This document shows positions 11,194 through 24,770 of a DNA stretch of 64,000 bases, one piece after another. Each line of letters opens with the position of its first letter. Position 1 is the first letter of the stretch. The stretch spans positions 22,134,001 to 22,198,000 of the forward strand of contig NC_043003.1 in assembly GCF_006345805.1 (NCBI RefSeq), read 5' to 3'. A program made the position numbers and the translations under genes. This DNA comes from Octopus sinensis (taxonomy: Eukaryota). The notes under the pieces are model-generated. The model was not told the DNA's origin, made no database searches, and worked only from the letters and a program-made list of their open reading frames with translations.

Positions 11194-14028
11194 ACAATAG
11201 GTTTCTTTCATTTTTTATCTACCATACCCTTTGGTTGGTGAGGCTATAACAGAGGACCTTTGCCTAAAGTGCTGTGCAGTGGGACTGAACCTGAAATTTT
11301 TTGCAGATAGCCATACAGTTTTCAGCTTCTCTGACAAAACTAAAAACTTATACAAATTGTAGAGCAGCACTGAGACCAAGTTGTTAAATAATAAATAACG
11401 CAATAAAGTGACAGACAACACTTAGCACGCAAATGAAAATGCCAAGGAATGACGAAGTCTTGTGACAGCCTTGCCTTATTGGGTTTCACCAACAGTACAC
11501 ACCATTTACCTTTCGGTAAATGATGTGTCAGTTGTCTTTGTTCAAATGACTGCCTGCTGGCATTTTACCATTTTACCATTTTACCATTTTACTTTGTAGC
11601 TAGTTGAGAAATATAAAACTATATATTACACAAAAATGCGAGATTTCTTAAGTTTGCAATCGTTCTTGAAAATAATACTGCCTGATAAGAGAAGGTAGTT
11701 GGAAGATACACAACTTATATATATTGGTATATTTCATATACTACGCATTTAATTTGTGATAATGATATTTGGAGCTAAAGTAAAATGATAAAGAGCAAGC
11801 ATACTTTAAGCTATAAGTAGATTAACATTTCAACTGTACTTGTATAAAGTTTTTGATATCCTGCCACCAAATTCATTTGTTGTCCTGGAGTATCAATCAC
11901 AAATATTTTACTTTCTACTTTTTCTGTATATGCCTAGGAATTTGCTGCAATTTTGTAGTTGAAATAAATTAATTAACCCTTTTTTACCATAGATGCTGGC
12001 GTAGCTATGTGGTAAGAAGTTTGCTTTGCAATCACATGGATCCAGGTTCAGTCCCACTGTGTGGCACCTTGGGCATGTATTTTCTACTATACTAAGGCCT
12101 TATACTGAACAAAGCCTTGTGTGTGGATTTGGTGGACAGAAACTGAAAGAAGGCAGTGAGCTGGCAGAAACATTAGCACACCGGGCGAAATGCTTTGCGG
12201 TATTTCATCTACTGCTACATTCTGTGTTTAAATTCCGCTGAGGTCGACTTGCTTTCATCTTTTCAGAGTCAATAAATTAAGTACCAGTTACGCACTGGGG
12301 CCGATATAATCGACTTAATCCGTCTGTCTGTCCTTGTTTGTCTCCTCTGTGTTTAGCCACATGTGGGTAGTAAAGAAATAGGTATTTCGTCTGCCGCTAC
12401 GTTCTGAGTTCAAATTCCGCTAAAGTTGGCTTTTCCTTTCATCCTTTTGGGGTTGATTAAATAAGTACCAGTTATGCACTGGGGTTGATATAATCGACTT
12501 AATCCATTTGTCTGTCATTGTTTGTCCCTTCTGTGTGTAGCCCCTTGTGGGCAGTAAAGAAATAAGAAACTGAAAGAAGCCCATCATATATGTGTGTGTG
12601 TGTGTGTTATACAATAGGTTTCTTTCATTTTTTATCTACCATACCCTTTGGTTGGTGAGGCTATAACAGAGGACCTTTGCCTAAAGTGCTGTGCAGTGGG
12701 ACTGAACCTGAAATTTTTTGCAGATAGCCATACAGTTTTCAGCTTCTCTGACAAAACTAAAAACTTATACAAATTGTAGAGCAGCACTGAGACCAAGTTG
12801 TTAATAATAAATAACGCAATAAAGTGACAGACAACACTTAGCACGCAAATGAAAATGCCAAGGAATGACGAAGTCTTGTGACAGCCTTGCCTTATTGGGT
12901 TTCACCAACAGTACACACCATTTACCTTTCGGTAAATGATGTGTCAGTTGTCTTTGTTCAAATGACTGCCTGCTGGCATTTTACCATTTTACCATTTTAC
13001 CATTTTACTTTGTAGCTAGTTGAGAAATATAAAACTATATATTACACAAAAATGCGAGATTTCTTAAGTTTGCAATCGTTCTTGAAAATAATACTGCCTG
13101 ATAAGAGAAGGTAGTTGGAAGATACACAACTTATATATATTGGTATATTTCATATACTACGCATTTAATTTGTGATAATGATATTTGGAGCTAAAGTAAA
13201 ATGATAAAGAGCAAGCATACTTTAAGCTATAAGTAGATTAACATTTCAACTGTACTTGTATAAAGTTTTTGATATCCTGCCACCAAATTCATTTGTTGTC
13301 CTGGAGTATCAATCACAAATATTTTACTTTCTACTTTTTCTGTATATGCCTAGGAATTTGCTGCAATTTTGTAGTTGAAATAAATTAATTAACCCTTTTT
13401 TACCATAGATGCTGGCGTAGCTATGTGGTAAGAAGTTTGCTTTGCAATCACATGGATCCAGGTTCAGTCCACTGTGTGGCACCTTGGGCATGTATTTTCT
13501 ACTATACTAAGGCCTTATACTGAACAAAGCCTTGTGTGTGGATTTGGTGGACAGAAACTGAAAGAAGGCAGTGAGCTGGCAGAAACATTAGCACACCGGG
13601 CGAAATGCTTTGCGGTATTTCATCTACTGCTACATTCTGTGTTTAAATTCCGCTGAGGTCGACTTTGCTTTTCATCTTTTCAGAGTCAATAAATTAAGTA
13701 CCAGTTACGCACTGGGGCCGATATAATCGACTTAATCCGTCTGTCTGTCCTTGTTTGTCTCCTCTGTGTTTAGCCACATGTGGGTAGTAAAGAAATAGGT
13801 ATTTCGTCTGCCGCTACGTTCTGAGTTCAAATTCCGCTAAAGTTGGCTTTTCCTTTCATCCTTTTGGGGTTGATTAAATAAGTACCAGTTATGCACTGGG
13901 GTTGATATAATCGACTTAATCCATTTGTCTGTCATTGTTTGTCCCTTCTGTGTGTAGCCCCTTGTGGGCAGTAAAGAAATAAGAAACTGAAAGAAGCCCA
14001 TCATATATGTGTGTGTGTGTGTGTGTGT
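11191..14028. repeat. Near-identical tandem duplication, unit ~1417 bp
   Basis: tatacaataggtttctttc starts at 11191 and at 12608. The units are bounded by (TG)n tracts. Confidence 0.95.
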
Positions 14029-15761
14029 TCCCCACTACTGTTTGACAACCAGTGTTGGTGTGTTTACATCCCAGTAATTTAATGGCTCAACAAAAGAGAC
14101 CAAAAGAATAAATAGCAGGCTTAAACACAAATAAATAGCGGGGGTTGATTCATTTGACCAAAAATTCTTCAAGGTGGTTCTTCTAATAATTGAAACAAGG
14201 AAAATATGAAAGATATTTTCGCTGAAAAATATTGCCTTTGTTTCAATTATTTTGGAAATAATAAAGAATTTAGTAAAATAACTTTGTCCTTATTTACCAA
14301 ATTTTTGGAGCATAAATTAAAACAAAAATTTGATGAAAGATTTTATTTCAGATCATTTTCTATCATAGAACCAACCAAAGGCAGTTTTGTGTTGTTTGTT
14401 ATCAAAAGGGTTAAATTTCAATTGAATTGAAAAATTGTAAATTATTCTGACCCAAAGTATTCCATTTCTCAAATATCCATAAACAGGTGTGATATTGGTG
14501 ATAAGTAGACGACTATTTTGTGCTTTCAAGTAAATGACTAAACTTTGTATGTGATATATTTAATACTTTCATTTAATCTTTGACGTATAAAATCTGTTAG
14601 AACTCAAAGACCAAACATGTTATACTATAAACATAGACTCATGCTGGTGCCATGTTAAAAGCACCCAGCACACTGTAAAGTGGTTGGCATTAGGATGGGC
14701 ATCCAGTAATAGAAACCAAGCGAAATCAGACTGGAACCTGGTGCAGCTCTCTGGCTTGCCAGCTCTAGCCAAACCATCCAACCCATGCTATATTATATAA
14801 AATTCTTTCTGTCTGTGTGTGTGTCTTCTGGGATCTCGGGCATCCTCCATCTGATTGCGCTCAAATTTGATATGTAGATACTAACGGTATCAGGGCATGT
14901 ATAAGTCTTGAAAAAAATTATAAAAATCAATTCCAGGTGAGAATGCGATCAATAAAGCCGTGGGAACATGGAAAATGGACGTCAAAGGATGGCGATGCTG
15001 ACGATGATAGACTATAGACATTAATGTGAAATGTAGGCCTTTAATACAACTCATACAGACATCAATAAGTGTATACAGGAAAAAAACATATCTGACCGTG
15101 GGAAAATATTACTTTGCATGGAAACAGGTGAGGATTGGCAATAGGAAGGACATCCAGCCATAAACAAATCTGCTTCAACACGTTCCATCTGACCCATGCA
15201 AGCAGAGAAAAGTAGAAGTTAAACAAGGATGATCTCTGTGGATAGTTAAGCAAAGCTCTCAAATGCTTATGAAATCCTAACATAAACTTAAAACTCATGC
15301 AGCTGATTACTCTTCTTCAATCCATGAATATATTGTATATAAAGATATGTTAGTTATATCTGTCCTTTATATACACTGTTGACTATTAACTATAAATATA
15401 TTCAGAAAGATTTTATGATACGAAATAGTATTGAAATGAAACACTGTTAACATAACTGACACAAGTTGAATTCTCAAAGTGCCTAAAATTCTTTTATGAC
15501 AAGACTAATTATTTCCATTTGTTTGTCTATCTATCCATACATATATACATATATATAAAGAGAGAGAGAGAAAGAGAAAGACAGACAGACGCACCCACAT
15601 CCTTCAAACCATCCATCCATTCAACCATGATTATATATACATATACATAAATACAATAAGATATTATAACATATTGACATATCAAATAAAATATATTAAA
15701 TAGATTAGGTAGCTCATTAACCACCTATATCATAATGTATTTAATACATTTTATTTAATGA

Positions 15762-15955
15762 GTGGCTGTGTGGTAAGTAGCTTGCTTACCAGCTACATGG
15801 TTCCGGGTTCGTTCCCACTGTGTGGCACCTTGGGCAAGTGTCTTATACTATAGCCTCGGGCCGACCAAAGCCTTGTGAGTGGATTTGTTAGACGGAAACT
15901 GAAAGAAGCACATCGTATATATGTGTGTGTATATATATATATATGTGTGTGTGTG

Positions 15956-15988
<33 letters not shown>

Positions 15989-16200
15989 TTATGCGTCTGT
16001 ATTTGTCCCCCACCCACCCACCCAACATCGCTTGACAACCGATGCTGGTGGGTTTATGTCCCCATAACTTAGCTGTTTGGCAAAAGAGAACGATAGAATA
16101 AGTACTAGGCTTACAAAGAATAAGTCCTGGGGTCGATTTGCCCGACTAAAAGCAGTGCTCCAGCATGGCCACAGTCAAATGACTGAAACAAGTAAAAGAG
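15762..16200 (+). mobile_element. SINE family A, full length
   Basis: A-box tggctgtgtgg and B-box ggttcgttccc, CORE-like gcaccttgggcaagtgtctt, internal (TA/TG)n, and a 3' tail ending gaaacaagtaaaagag. Confidence 0.9.
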
Positions 16201-16572
16201 TATATAAGAAAGAGAGAGAAAGAGACAGATGCACACACATCCTTCAAATCATCCATCCATCCATCTAACCATGGTTACATATACAATACATTGTCTAAGA
16301 CTCCATGTCAGAAAAAATATGCATTCGTATACTTCTCAACAGAGTGGGTGTATTAATCAAAGTGTACAGTATTATGTAGCCATTACAGCCAACCTTACCA
16401 ATCGGTTTCATGGTGGGAGTTCTACAGATTTGTACAAGGTTACATAATCAAGCTGTTATCTAACACTCCATTGAACCTCAAGAGCAAAACCCATTGGTAA
16501 GATCAGCTGTAATGTATATATAATACAGAACACTTCAAGTAATATATATATACATATATATATGTGAATATG

Positions 16573-16638
<66 letters not shown>

Positions 16639-16722
16639 TTTGATACTTTGATACTTTGATAGGTTTCGGCCATTATTGGCCCAGGCCATGTCTAACTTAA
16701 TAGCACCACCTGGTGCTATTAT

Positions 16723-16758
<36 letters not shown>

Positions 16759-17011
16759 ATATAATATATATATATTTTATTATTTTTTATGTTTTCCAGC
16801 TTCAGCTCTTGAGCTATGGCCATGCTGGGGCACCGCCATATATATATATATATATATAAATTAGAAAAAAACACCTTTTATCAACTCAAAATGAACAATA
16901 AATTACACCATCTAGAAAATTACATATAATAGAAATATTAAATATAAAATAACAATAATATATCGATGATTAAGTAAATTGCAAAGTAATAAATAAAACG
17001 TATATATTTGG

Positions 17012-17048
<37 letters not shown>

Positions 17049-17052
<4 letters not shown>

Positions 17053-17720
17053 GTCATCCCATAAATAATGTGGTTTTTTCAGTTGCATGGACTAAAAGTC
17101 AGAGGGGGACAGCATAAACTACCTGCATCAACTTGCTATAAAAGCAGGTGGTAATTTTACCTTTTAGTGAAGAATGAACTTTGTTATAACCTTGTAACCT
17201 TATTCATAGTGCAAGTTTTGAAGAGTGTAATTTGATTTTAACAGTTATTTTTTAAAGCTATAATGGAAGTGACGAAGGAGCATATTCAACATATTTTGCT
17301 TTATGAGTTCAATAAAGGCAACAATGCAACAGAAAGTCCAAGGAATATTAGTGTAGTATATGGGGATTGGACAATAAGCATAAGCCAGCATCAGTGGTGG
17401 TGCCAGGAATTCCGAGCCAGAAACTACAGCCTAGAAGATGAGTCTTGTCCTGGAAGATCCTTAGAGCTTGACGAGGATGGCCTGCAAACCCTGATGGAAC
17501 AAAATCGCACCGTAGCTGCTGAGGGACTAGCAAAGAAGCATGTATTTGGTCATTCAACCTTTCATTGACACCCGCGTGCCTTCAGAAAAGTCAGCAAATT
17601 GGGTCAATGTGTTCCTCAGAAACTTTCTGAATCTAATTGTTCACAGAGAGTAAATGTGTGCTCTTCTTTGCTGTCACACCTCACAAATGATTTTTTTTGG
17701 ACAAAATAGTGACTGGTGAC
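17049..17720 (+). mobile_element. Mariner transposon 5' part, decayed transposase (Hsmar1-like)
   Basis: TA followed by TIR ttgggtcatcccataaataatgtggtttt. Translation MEVTKEHIQHILLYEFNKGNNATE...QWWCQEF...SLEDESCPGR, then KVSKLGQCVPQKLSE...DKIVTGD, with stops and frameshifts. Confidence 0.9.
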
Positions 17721-19380
17721 CTTTAGGAACATTGTGTACTCTAGAACTATCTTATATTTTGCATTTGTGGCTCCGTTGGTGGCTAATGAGCCCTGCTCTT
17801 GACAAGTATACCACGACTGTAGACATTGCAAACCAAGCTTTCTCCATTTACTACACTAGCAGTAAACTTTCAAGCAGTATGCTTAAATTCTTCATTCCGA
17901 ATAAGTACTCTCTCAAAGGTGTCGACCCCTTCTTTAACCTGCTTCCTCCATCTTCCTCCCAGTCAGTCTCCTGCATATCACAGGCCTTTAATGAGGACTT
18001 GACACAGCCCTTAAATCATAGCCTTGGTTTCTGCCAGAGTCTCTTTCTACTAACAAGTTTCCCATATAGCATCTTCTTAGGGATCCTGCTATCCTTCATT
18101 CTAGTAAGGTGTCCAACCCAACATAACCAGTGCTTGTGCACCATTGCCTCAATACTCAAGATATCAGCTGTCCTGATTTTCTGAGGAAAGATAATGCTTT
18201 GCAAGAAACCAGAAATATGATTCCTAAGTTTTTGCATGTCATCTGCTGTATGAGTGACTAAGTCACAGTCATCTGCATAAAGGAGGTCATGAACAAGAGA
18301 CTGGAAAACTTTTGAATTGGGAGTAAATCAGTGCAGATTAAAGAGGTGGCTAGAAGATTGATACCTGACATATATTCCCAGAGAGCTAACCTTAGCAAAA
18401 GCATGAGTAAAAGCAGTAGCAAAGTACAAAGAAAAGAGAGTTAGGGCAAGGACGTCACCCTGCTTGACACCATTCTCTACAAGAATGGGTCCTGCCATAC
18501 CATCACCAACATTAACTCAAACCTCTATCCCATCATGAAATGATTTAATTATAGATACAAAGTGATACAGACATCCAAGTTTGCCAAGCATTTTCCATAG
18601 CAAGGCCCTATTCACAGTATGATGATTGCCTTGGTTAAATCAATGAATACCTGAACAAGATCAATATTCTGCTCATAGCACTTCTCCTGCATCTGTCTTG
18701 CTGTGAAAATCATATCCATTGTCCCTTTACCAGATCGGAAGGCACATTGAGATTCAGATAGGACATCATTTACGAGACACACATTCAGGTCGGTAAGAAG
18801 AATATTTGCCAGAACCTTGCCAGCAGCTGTTAGTAGAGCAATACCTCTGTAGTTACCACACATTATTCTGGCTCCTTTCCCTTTATAGAGAGGAAGAATA
18901 ATTACATCCTTCCAGTCCTAAGGCATTGCATCATCCCTCTAGACTACACTAATAAGTTCCTGAAGGGACTGTAATATGTAATCACCACCAAATCGCAAGA
19001 CCTCAGCACAAATTCCATTCTTCCAGGTTCCCTACCAAGATTCATTTTACTTATTGATGTTATTACCTCATCTATTGAAAGTGTGGAATTTAAGGAGCCA
19101 ATGATAGGTCTTTGTTGCATAGTATCAGTCACTGTTTCATCCACAACTGACTCATGGCTTAGGAGTTCAGAGAAGTGTTCAATCCAGCGACTTGTGGTTT
19201 CTGTTGATTTAGTAAATAGGGTAGAAGACTCCTTGGAAAGCAAAGGAGTTGATGCAGAGCTCTTAGGCCCATAAACTTGCTTCATTAGATGGTAAAGCTT
19301 CTTGCTGTCATTTGCATCAGCAGCAGCCTGAACATCACGAGCAAGATCCTCCCAGTAAGTGTTCTTCATCTTCCTGAGAG
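17721..19380 (-). mobile_element. Decayed RTE-clade LINE (linker, RT, C-terminus)
   Basis: CGNYRGIALL...QCAFRSGKGTMDMIF...FIDLTKA, then GVKQGDVL, YADD at 18268-18279, and WVGHLTRMKDSRIPKKMLYG. Frameshifted, with an apparent deletion after YADD. Confidence 0.92.
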
Positions 19381-19553
19381 ATCACTGCAGTAGTGATTTT
19401 ACATTGCTATACTGGGCAAGTGCTAGATTTCGCTGTACAGCTGAAAGTCCTCTGTGCAGCAATATATTGTGGGCATGGTGCTTTACAAAACACACACACA
19501 CACATACATACATACATACATACATACATACATACATAATACATACATACATA

Positions 19554-20180
19554 CAAGGAGAAAGCTAATTCGAAGACTACAGATCCCATTCAACACTGGA
19601 ATTATAAAAATCTGTAAAACTTTCCAGAAGTTTATCATTTAAATACATATGAGCATGTCTAGATATGTGGCTATATGCATGAGAATACATGCATACATAA
19701 AACATACATACATACAAAGGAAAATACCCTGAAACTCCAATGAAGGAGCCTTGGATCTAGGTTAGAAACTGGTTCTTTCTCTATTGGCAAGAAATCTTGG
19801 AATAAACTGAATAATGACATACATGCACACATACATACATACATACACATACATACATACATACATACATACATACCATACAAGGAGAAAGCTAATTCGA
19901 AGACTACAGATCCCATTCAACACTGGAATTATAAAAATCTGTAAAACTTTCCAGAAGTTTATCATTTAAATACATATGAGCATGTCTAGATATGTGGCTA
20001 TATGCATGAGAATACATGCATACATAAAACATACATACATACAAAGGAAAATACCCTGAAACTCCAATGAAGGAGCCTTGGATCTAGGTTAGAAACTGGT
20101 TCTTTCTCTATTGGCAAGAAATCTTGGAATAAACTGAATAATGACATACATGCACACATACATACATACATACACACATA
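19554..20180. repeat. Tandem duplication, unit 327 bp, bounded by (ACAT)n
   Basis: caaggagaaagctaattcgaag starts at 19554 and at 19881. Confidence 0.92.
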
Positions 20181-22384
20181 CATACAAGCTAGCAAGCAGG
20201 CACATAAACAAATGTTTGTTTCTTTGTCAGTTATATATAAAAACAATTTACAGTTTATTTATATAATACTTTTTAGTAGAGTACATTTTTATTTATTTTT
20301 ACATGGTAAAAGTTGATAGTGACTTTGAAGTTTTGGCTCATTTGCTGTCATCAAACTGTCTAATGACAACAAGCAAGTTGAACCTTCAAAGGCACTGTCA
20401 ATCTTTTCCTAGTAAAAATTTGGGCAAGTGTCTTCCACTATAGCCTCGAGCTGACCAAAGGCTTGTGAGTGGATTTGGCAGACGGAAACTGAAAGAAGCC
20501 CGTCATATATATATGTATGTATCTGTGTGTGTATATGTTTGTGTGTCTATGTTTGTCCCCCAACATCGCTTGACAACCGATGCTGGTGTGGTTACGTCCC
20601 CATAATTTAGCGGTTTAGCAAAAGCGACTAATAGGCTTACAAAGAATACGTCCTATGGTCAATTTGCTCGACTAAAGGCAGTGCTCCAGCATGGCCGCAG
20701 TCAAATGACTGAAACAAGTAAATGAGTATATATATATATATATGCACAACATACACACACACGTGCGTGCGCGTGCACACACACACACACAAGAACTCTT
20801 GTTCAAAATCTATTTACTCTTATGCTCCATTTTGGAAAAAAAATGTTTCCATTACTCCTTTAAAATTAAGCTAATTTACCATTCTATATTTAATGATGCC
20901 ATATTATATCTTATTATGAGAAGTGATATGTCTGATAATTGCTGTACAGACATATCTGAGGAAAGATAATTTTTAATTATATTCTGTTTACTGGAACCGT
21001 TCCACTGATGCATGACTAATTGTCAATTTTACAGTATTTCTTTTCCAGCCTTGGTAGTTTAGCAACATACAAGATAATGTTAATCATTTAAAGTTTGCTA
21101 TTTCCTGTTACTCTATAAGGTTTAAAATTGCATTATAATAATTAAAGAAAAAAATTCAACCTTCGTCTTCTCGGACACACTATCAATTTTCAAAACTTAA
21201 TTTTGAATAAAAAATTGTGTCACTGATATCAAGAAATAAGACAAATCTGATACAATATGTGTAGATTTTCAAACATATGTTCCCTAGCAGACAGTCAGTA
21301 AAAGGGAGATAATCATTTCTTCATAACATTTGGTAGGAGCAGAAATTTGAATTCGAAATTAAGGAATAAGGAAGTTGATATGCAGAATACACATATGTAT
21401 ATTTTTTTTTGCTTACTTATAATTGAATGTCTTAAAATCTATAGTCTTAGATAATTATATGTAGCACCATTTCATTCTTTTTAGAAATCATCAGTGTGAC
21501 ATAACTGAAGGTGTATAAATTAAACATTATGATGCATGACATTTTTTATAGATGAATGGTGTGTTTACGTCCCTGTAGCTTAGCGGTTTAGCAAAAGAGA
21601 CTGATAGAATAAGTACTAGGCTTCCAAAGAATAAGTCCTGGGGTCGATTTGCTCGACTAAAGGCGGTGCTCCAGCATGGCCACAGTCAAATGACTGAAAG
21701 AAGTAAAAGAGTAAAGAGTAAACAATATTATCTTGTAGATCAGTTTTATAAAAGCTGAATGAATTTATTAGCAAATAGCAAATGCTTTTTTTTTTCAGTT
21801 AAGTAAAATCATTACCATCCATACATACAAGTATGTCTTTTACAGTCATGGCCCCTACTCCCTCTCTCAGCCGAGAGTTCCTTGTCTTGCATGTTTGCGG
21901 ATGCTGGGCCTACATAAAAAGAACCTGCGCCAATGTCATGTAAGGTGCACCCGTTCCAGCGCCACGTAAAAGGCACCCATGCTGGGGCCATGTATAAAGT
22001 ACCCGTGCTTGTGTCATATAATACTACTTGTGCTGGTGCCACATTAAAATCAGCCAGTACACTCTGTAAAATGGTTGGCATTAGGAAGGGCATCCAGGTA
22101 TAGAAACCATGTCAAAACAGACAATTGGAGACTGATGCAGATTCTAGCTTCCCATCCTGTCAAATCGTCCAACCCATGCCAGCATGGAAGAAGGATGTTA
22201 AATGATGATGTAACTTAATAGAATAAAACCATCTTAGACACCTTACTTTACTTTTTGTCTTTCGATCAATTTGATATTTTCTACAGATATATATATATAG
22301 GGTTAGGTATTTGACATGTGAATTAATAACGAATCAAGCAAATGAAATTCTGTCCTTAACTTTGCTTCAACCTGATTGGCTACT

Positions 22385-22723
22385 TTTGCAGCCTTGTCTG
22401 GCACCTGTGTCGGTGGCACATAAAAAACACCATCCGAGCATGGCCGTCTGCCAGCCTCGTCTGGCACCTGTGTTGGTGGCACATAAAAAACACCATCCGA
22501 GCGTGGCCGTTCGCCAGCCTCATCTGGCACCTGTGTCGGTGGCACATAAAATCACCCACTACACTCTCGGAGTGGTTGGCGTTAGGAAGGGCATCCAGCT
22601 GTAGAAACACTGCCAGATCTGACTGGCCTGGTGCAGCCTTCGGGCTCTCCAGACCCCAGTTGAACCGTCCAACCCATGCTAGCATGGAAAGCGGACGTTA
22701 AACGATGATGATGATGATGATGA

Positions 22724-22728
<5 letters not shown>
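22385..22728 (+). mobile_element. RTE-type LINE 3' UTR with tandem ~63-bp units
   Basis: Near-identical to 6064-6417. Confidence 0.85.
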
Positions 22729-22766
<38 letters not shown>

Positions 22767-24089
22767 TGCATTCATGGCCGTAGGTCAAGTAGCTTGCTTT
22801 GAAACCATGTGGTTTCAGGTTCAATCCAACTCTGCAGCACCTTGGGCAAGTGTCTTCTAGAGTTCTGGGCTGACCAATGCCTTGTGAGTGAGTTAGGTAG
22901 ATGGAAACTATGTGGAAGCCTGTCATATATGTATGTGTGTGTGTTTGTTTGTCCCCACCACCACTGCCACTACCATCACCACCACCACTTGACAACCAGT
23001 ACTGGTTTGTTTACATTCCTGTGTCTTAACAGTTCAGCAAAAGAAACTGATAGACTAAGTGCCTAACTTTAAAAAAAATGCAAGTACTAGAGTTAGTTCA
23101 TTCAATTAAACCTTTGCATGGCCACAGTCCAATGACTGAAGCGTAAAATAAATAAATAAATAAAAAGTGAGACTTTAGTACTTAAATGGTGGTGCTCCAG
23201 CAAGACCACAGCCTTTGTGCTGGAACACATAAATAAAGAACAAAAATAAGGAAAAAAAATTAAAGGAAAAAAAATAATGTATTCAATATAGAAAATTGGG
23301 GAAATGAAAGAAGCAAACAAACGGTGAAATGAGATTGAAAGACATGTCAACTCTATAATGTTTACAAATACCGAGAATAAAACTGTTCATTTGAGCAAGA
23401 CACAGCAAAACATAATGAATGACTTTCCTTTATATTTTTCTATATTTAAAATGGGTTTACTTTGGAAAACAAAAAATGATAATTCAGCTTGTTAGCCAAG
23501 TCAATAGAAGTGTTGAGTCGTTAAACCTAATATTTACTAGCTGATTAATTGAAAGTAGGTACTTTTTGTGTCCTCTCTCTGACACAATACTGATTTCGTT
23601 AACAAAGATACAGCTCTCTTAATGACTCGCTCCGCTGAGCTGCAAGTATGTATGTAAGAGGATGGTTTATTAATATAACATCAATTATGTATAATGTTCT
23701 ACATATGAAAAATTTGGAGCTAGGTTTTCAGTGAATTCCTGTTCAATATTTGATCCCTGCTTTTTTAAGCAGTGATCAAGCACATTTTTGATACTCATGG
23801 GATATGTGGATATGTAGTTAAATTAGTTGTAGCAAATATAATTATGCAAGGAATACTGGAAAAAAAAAGCTAATTAAAAATGAATATGCAGTGACAAAAT
23901 AACTGAAATATGAGTCAAAGACTAATGCTATTTTAATCAAGCACACATGCACACACACACACATACACACACACACACACATGCACACACACACACACAC
24001 ATGCATATACACACAGACGTATACACATGTGCGTGTATGTAGGGTAAGACATGGTTAGACATACATATATACTTATGTGTATGTATATA

Positions 24090-24134
<45 letters not shown>

Positions 24135-24449
24135 GTATGTAACATACATAATTATAAAAATATAATTATAATAAGAGCACTAATGAGTAGTGGCACATGC
24201 TAGAAATAGGTGCCAAATGGCTCTAAGAACTACATTATTTACCCTTTTAGCATAGGCTGAAAGCAAGGGAAGAGAACAAAAAAGAGTTTTTGAAAAAAAT
24301 GGTTTAACTATAGATCGATTTCTAGTTTAGAGATGTAAATCCTTTAACTGTCATCAGTATAGTATAACTCATTGTACATAATTATAAACCTTTATACATA
24401 CTCATATGATTAACAAGATGTATTCCTTCACAACCTTGCTTGATCAAAA

Positions 24450-24770
24450 TTTACAAAAATCTGAAAATAATCCACATTCCTCATAATAATGTTCAACCAC
24501 ACACTTGTACAACAAATCAGGCAATTGGCAAATTGGGCTGGTCAGTGAGGCTCCATCATCCATACCCACGAGATCTGGTGCTGTCTAACTTCTACCTGCT
24601 TGAATCATTAAAGGACAGTTTTTGGGCACAATGATTTGAGGACATAGGTGAGGTACAAGTGGCCATGAAGAAGTGGGTACAACAGTGCACAGCTGAATTT
24701 TTTCCAAAGAGGATTCAAAGACTGGGATTCAGTGATGGTGGGAATACATTGCCTGTGACGGAGGCTATGC
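24450..24770 (+). mobile_element. Mariner transposase C-terminal relic
   Basis: HNNVQPH...LGWSVRLHHPYPRDLVLSNFYLLESLKD matches decayed HDNARPH...HPPYSPDLAPSDFHLF motifs. Confidence 0.75.

Noticed and set aside
16660-16692. ggcc-aataat-ggcc-GAAAc on the minus strand
   Set aside because: Looks like a hammerhead remnant, but the CUGANGA half of the core is absent.
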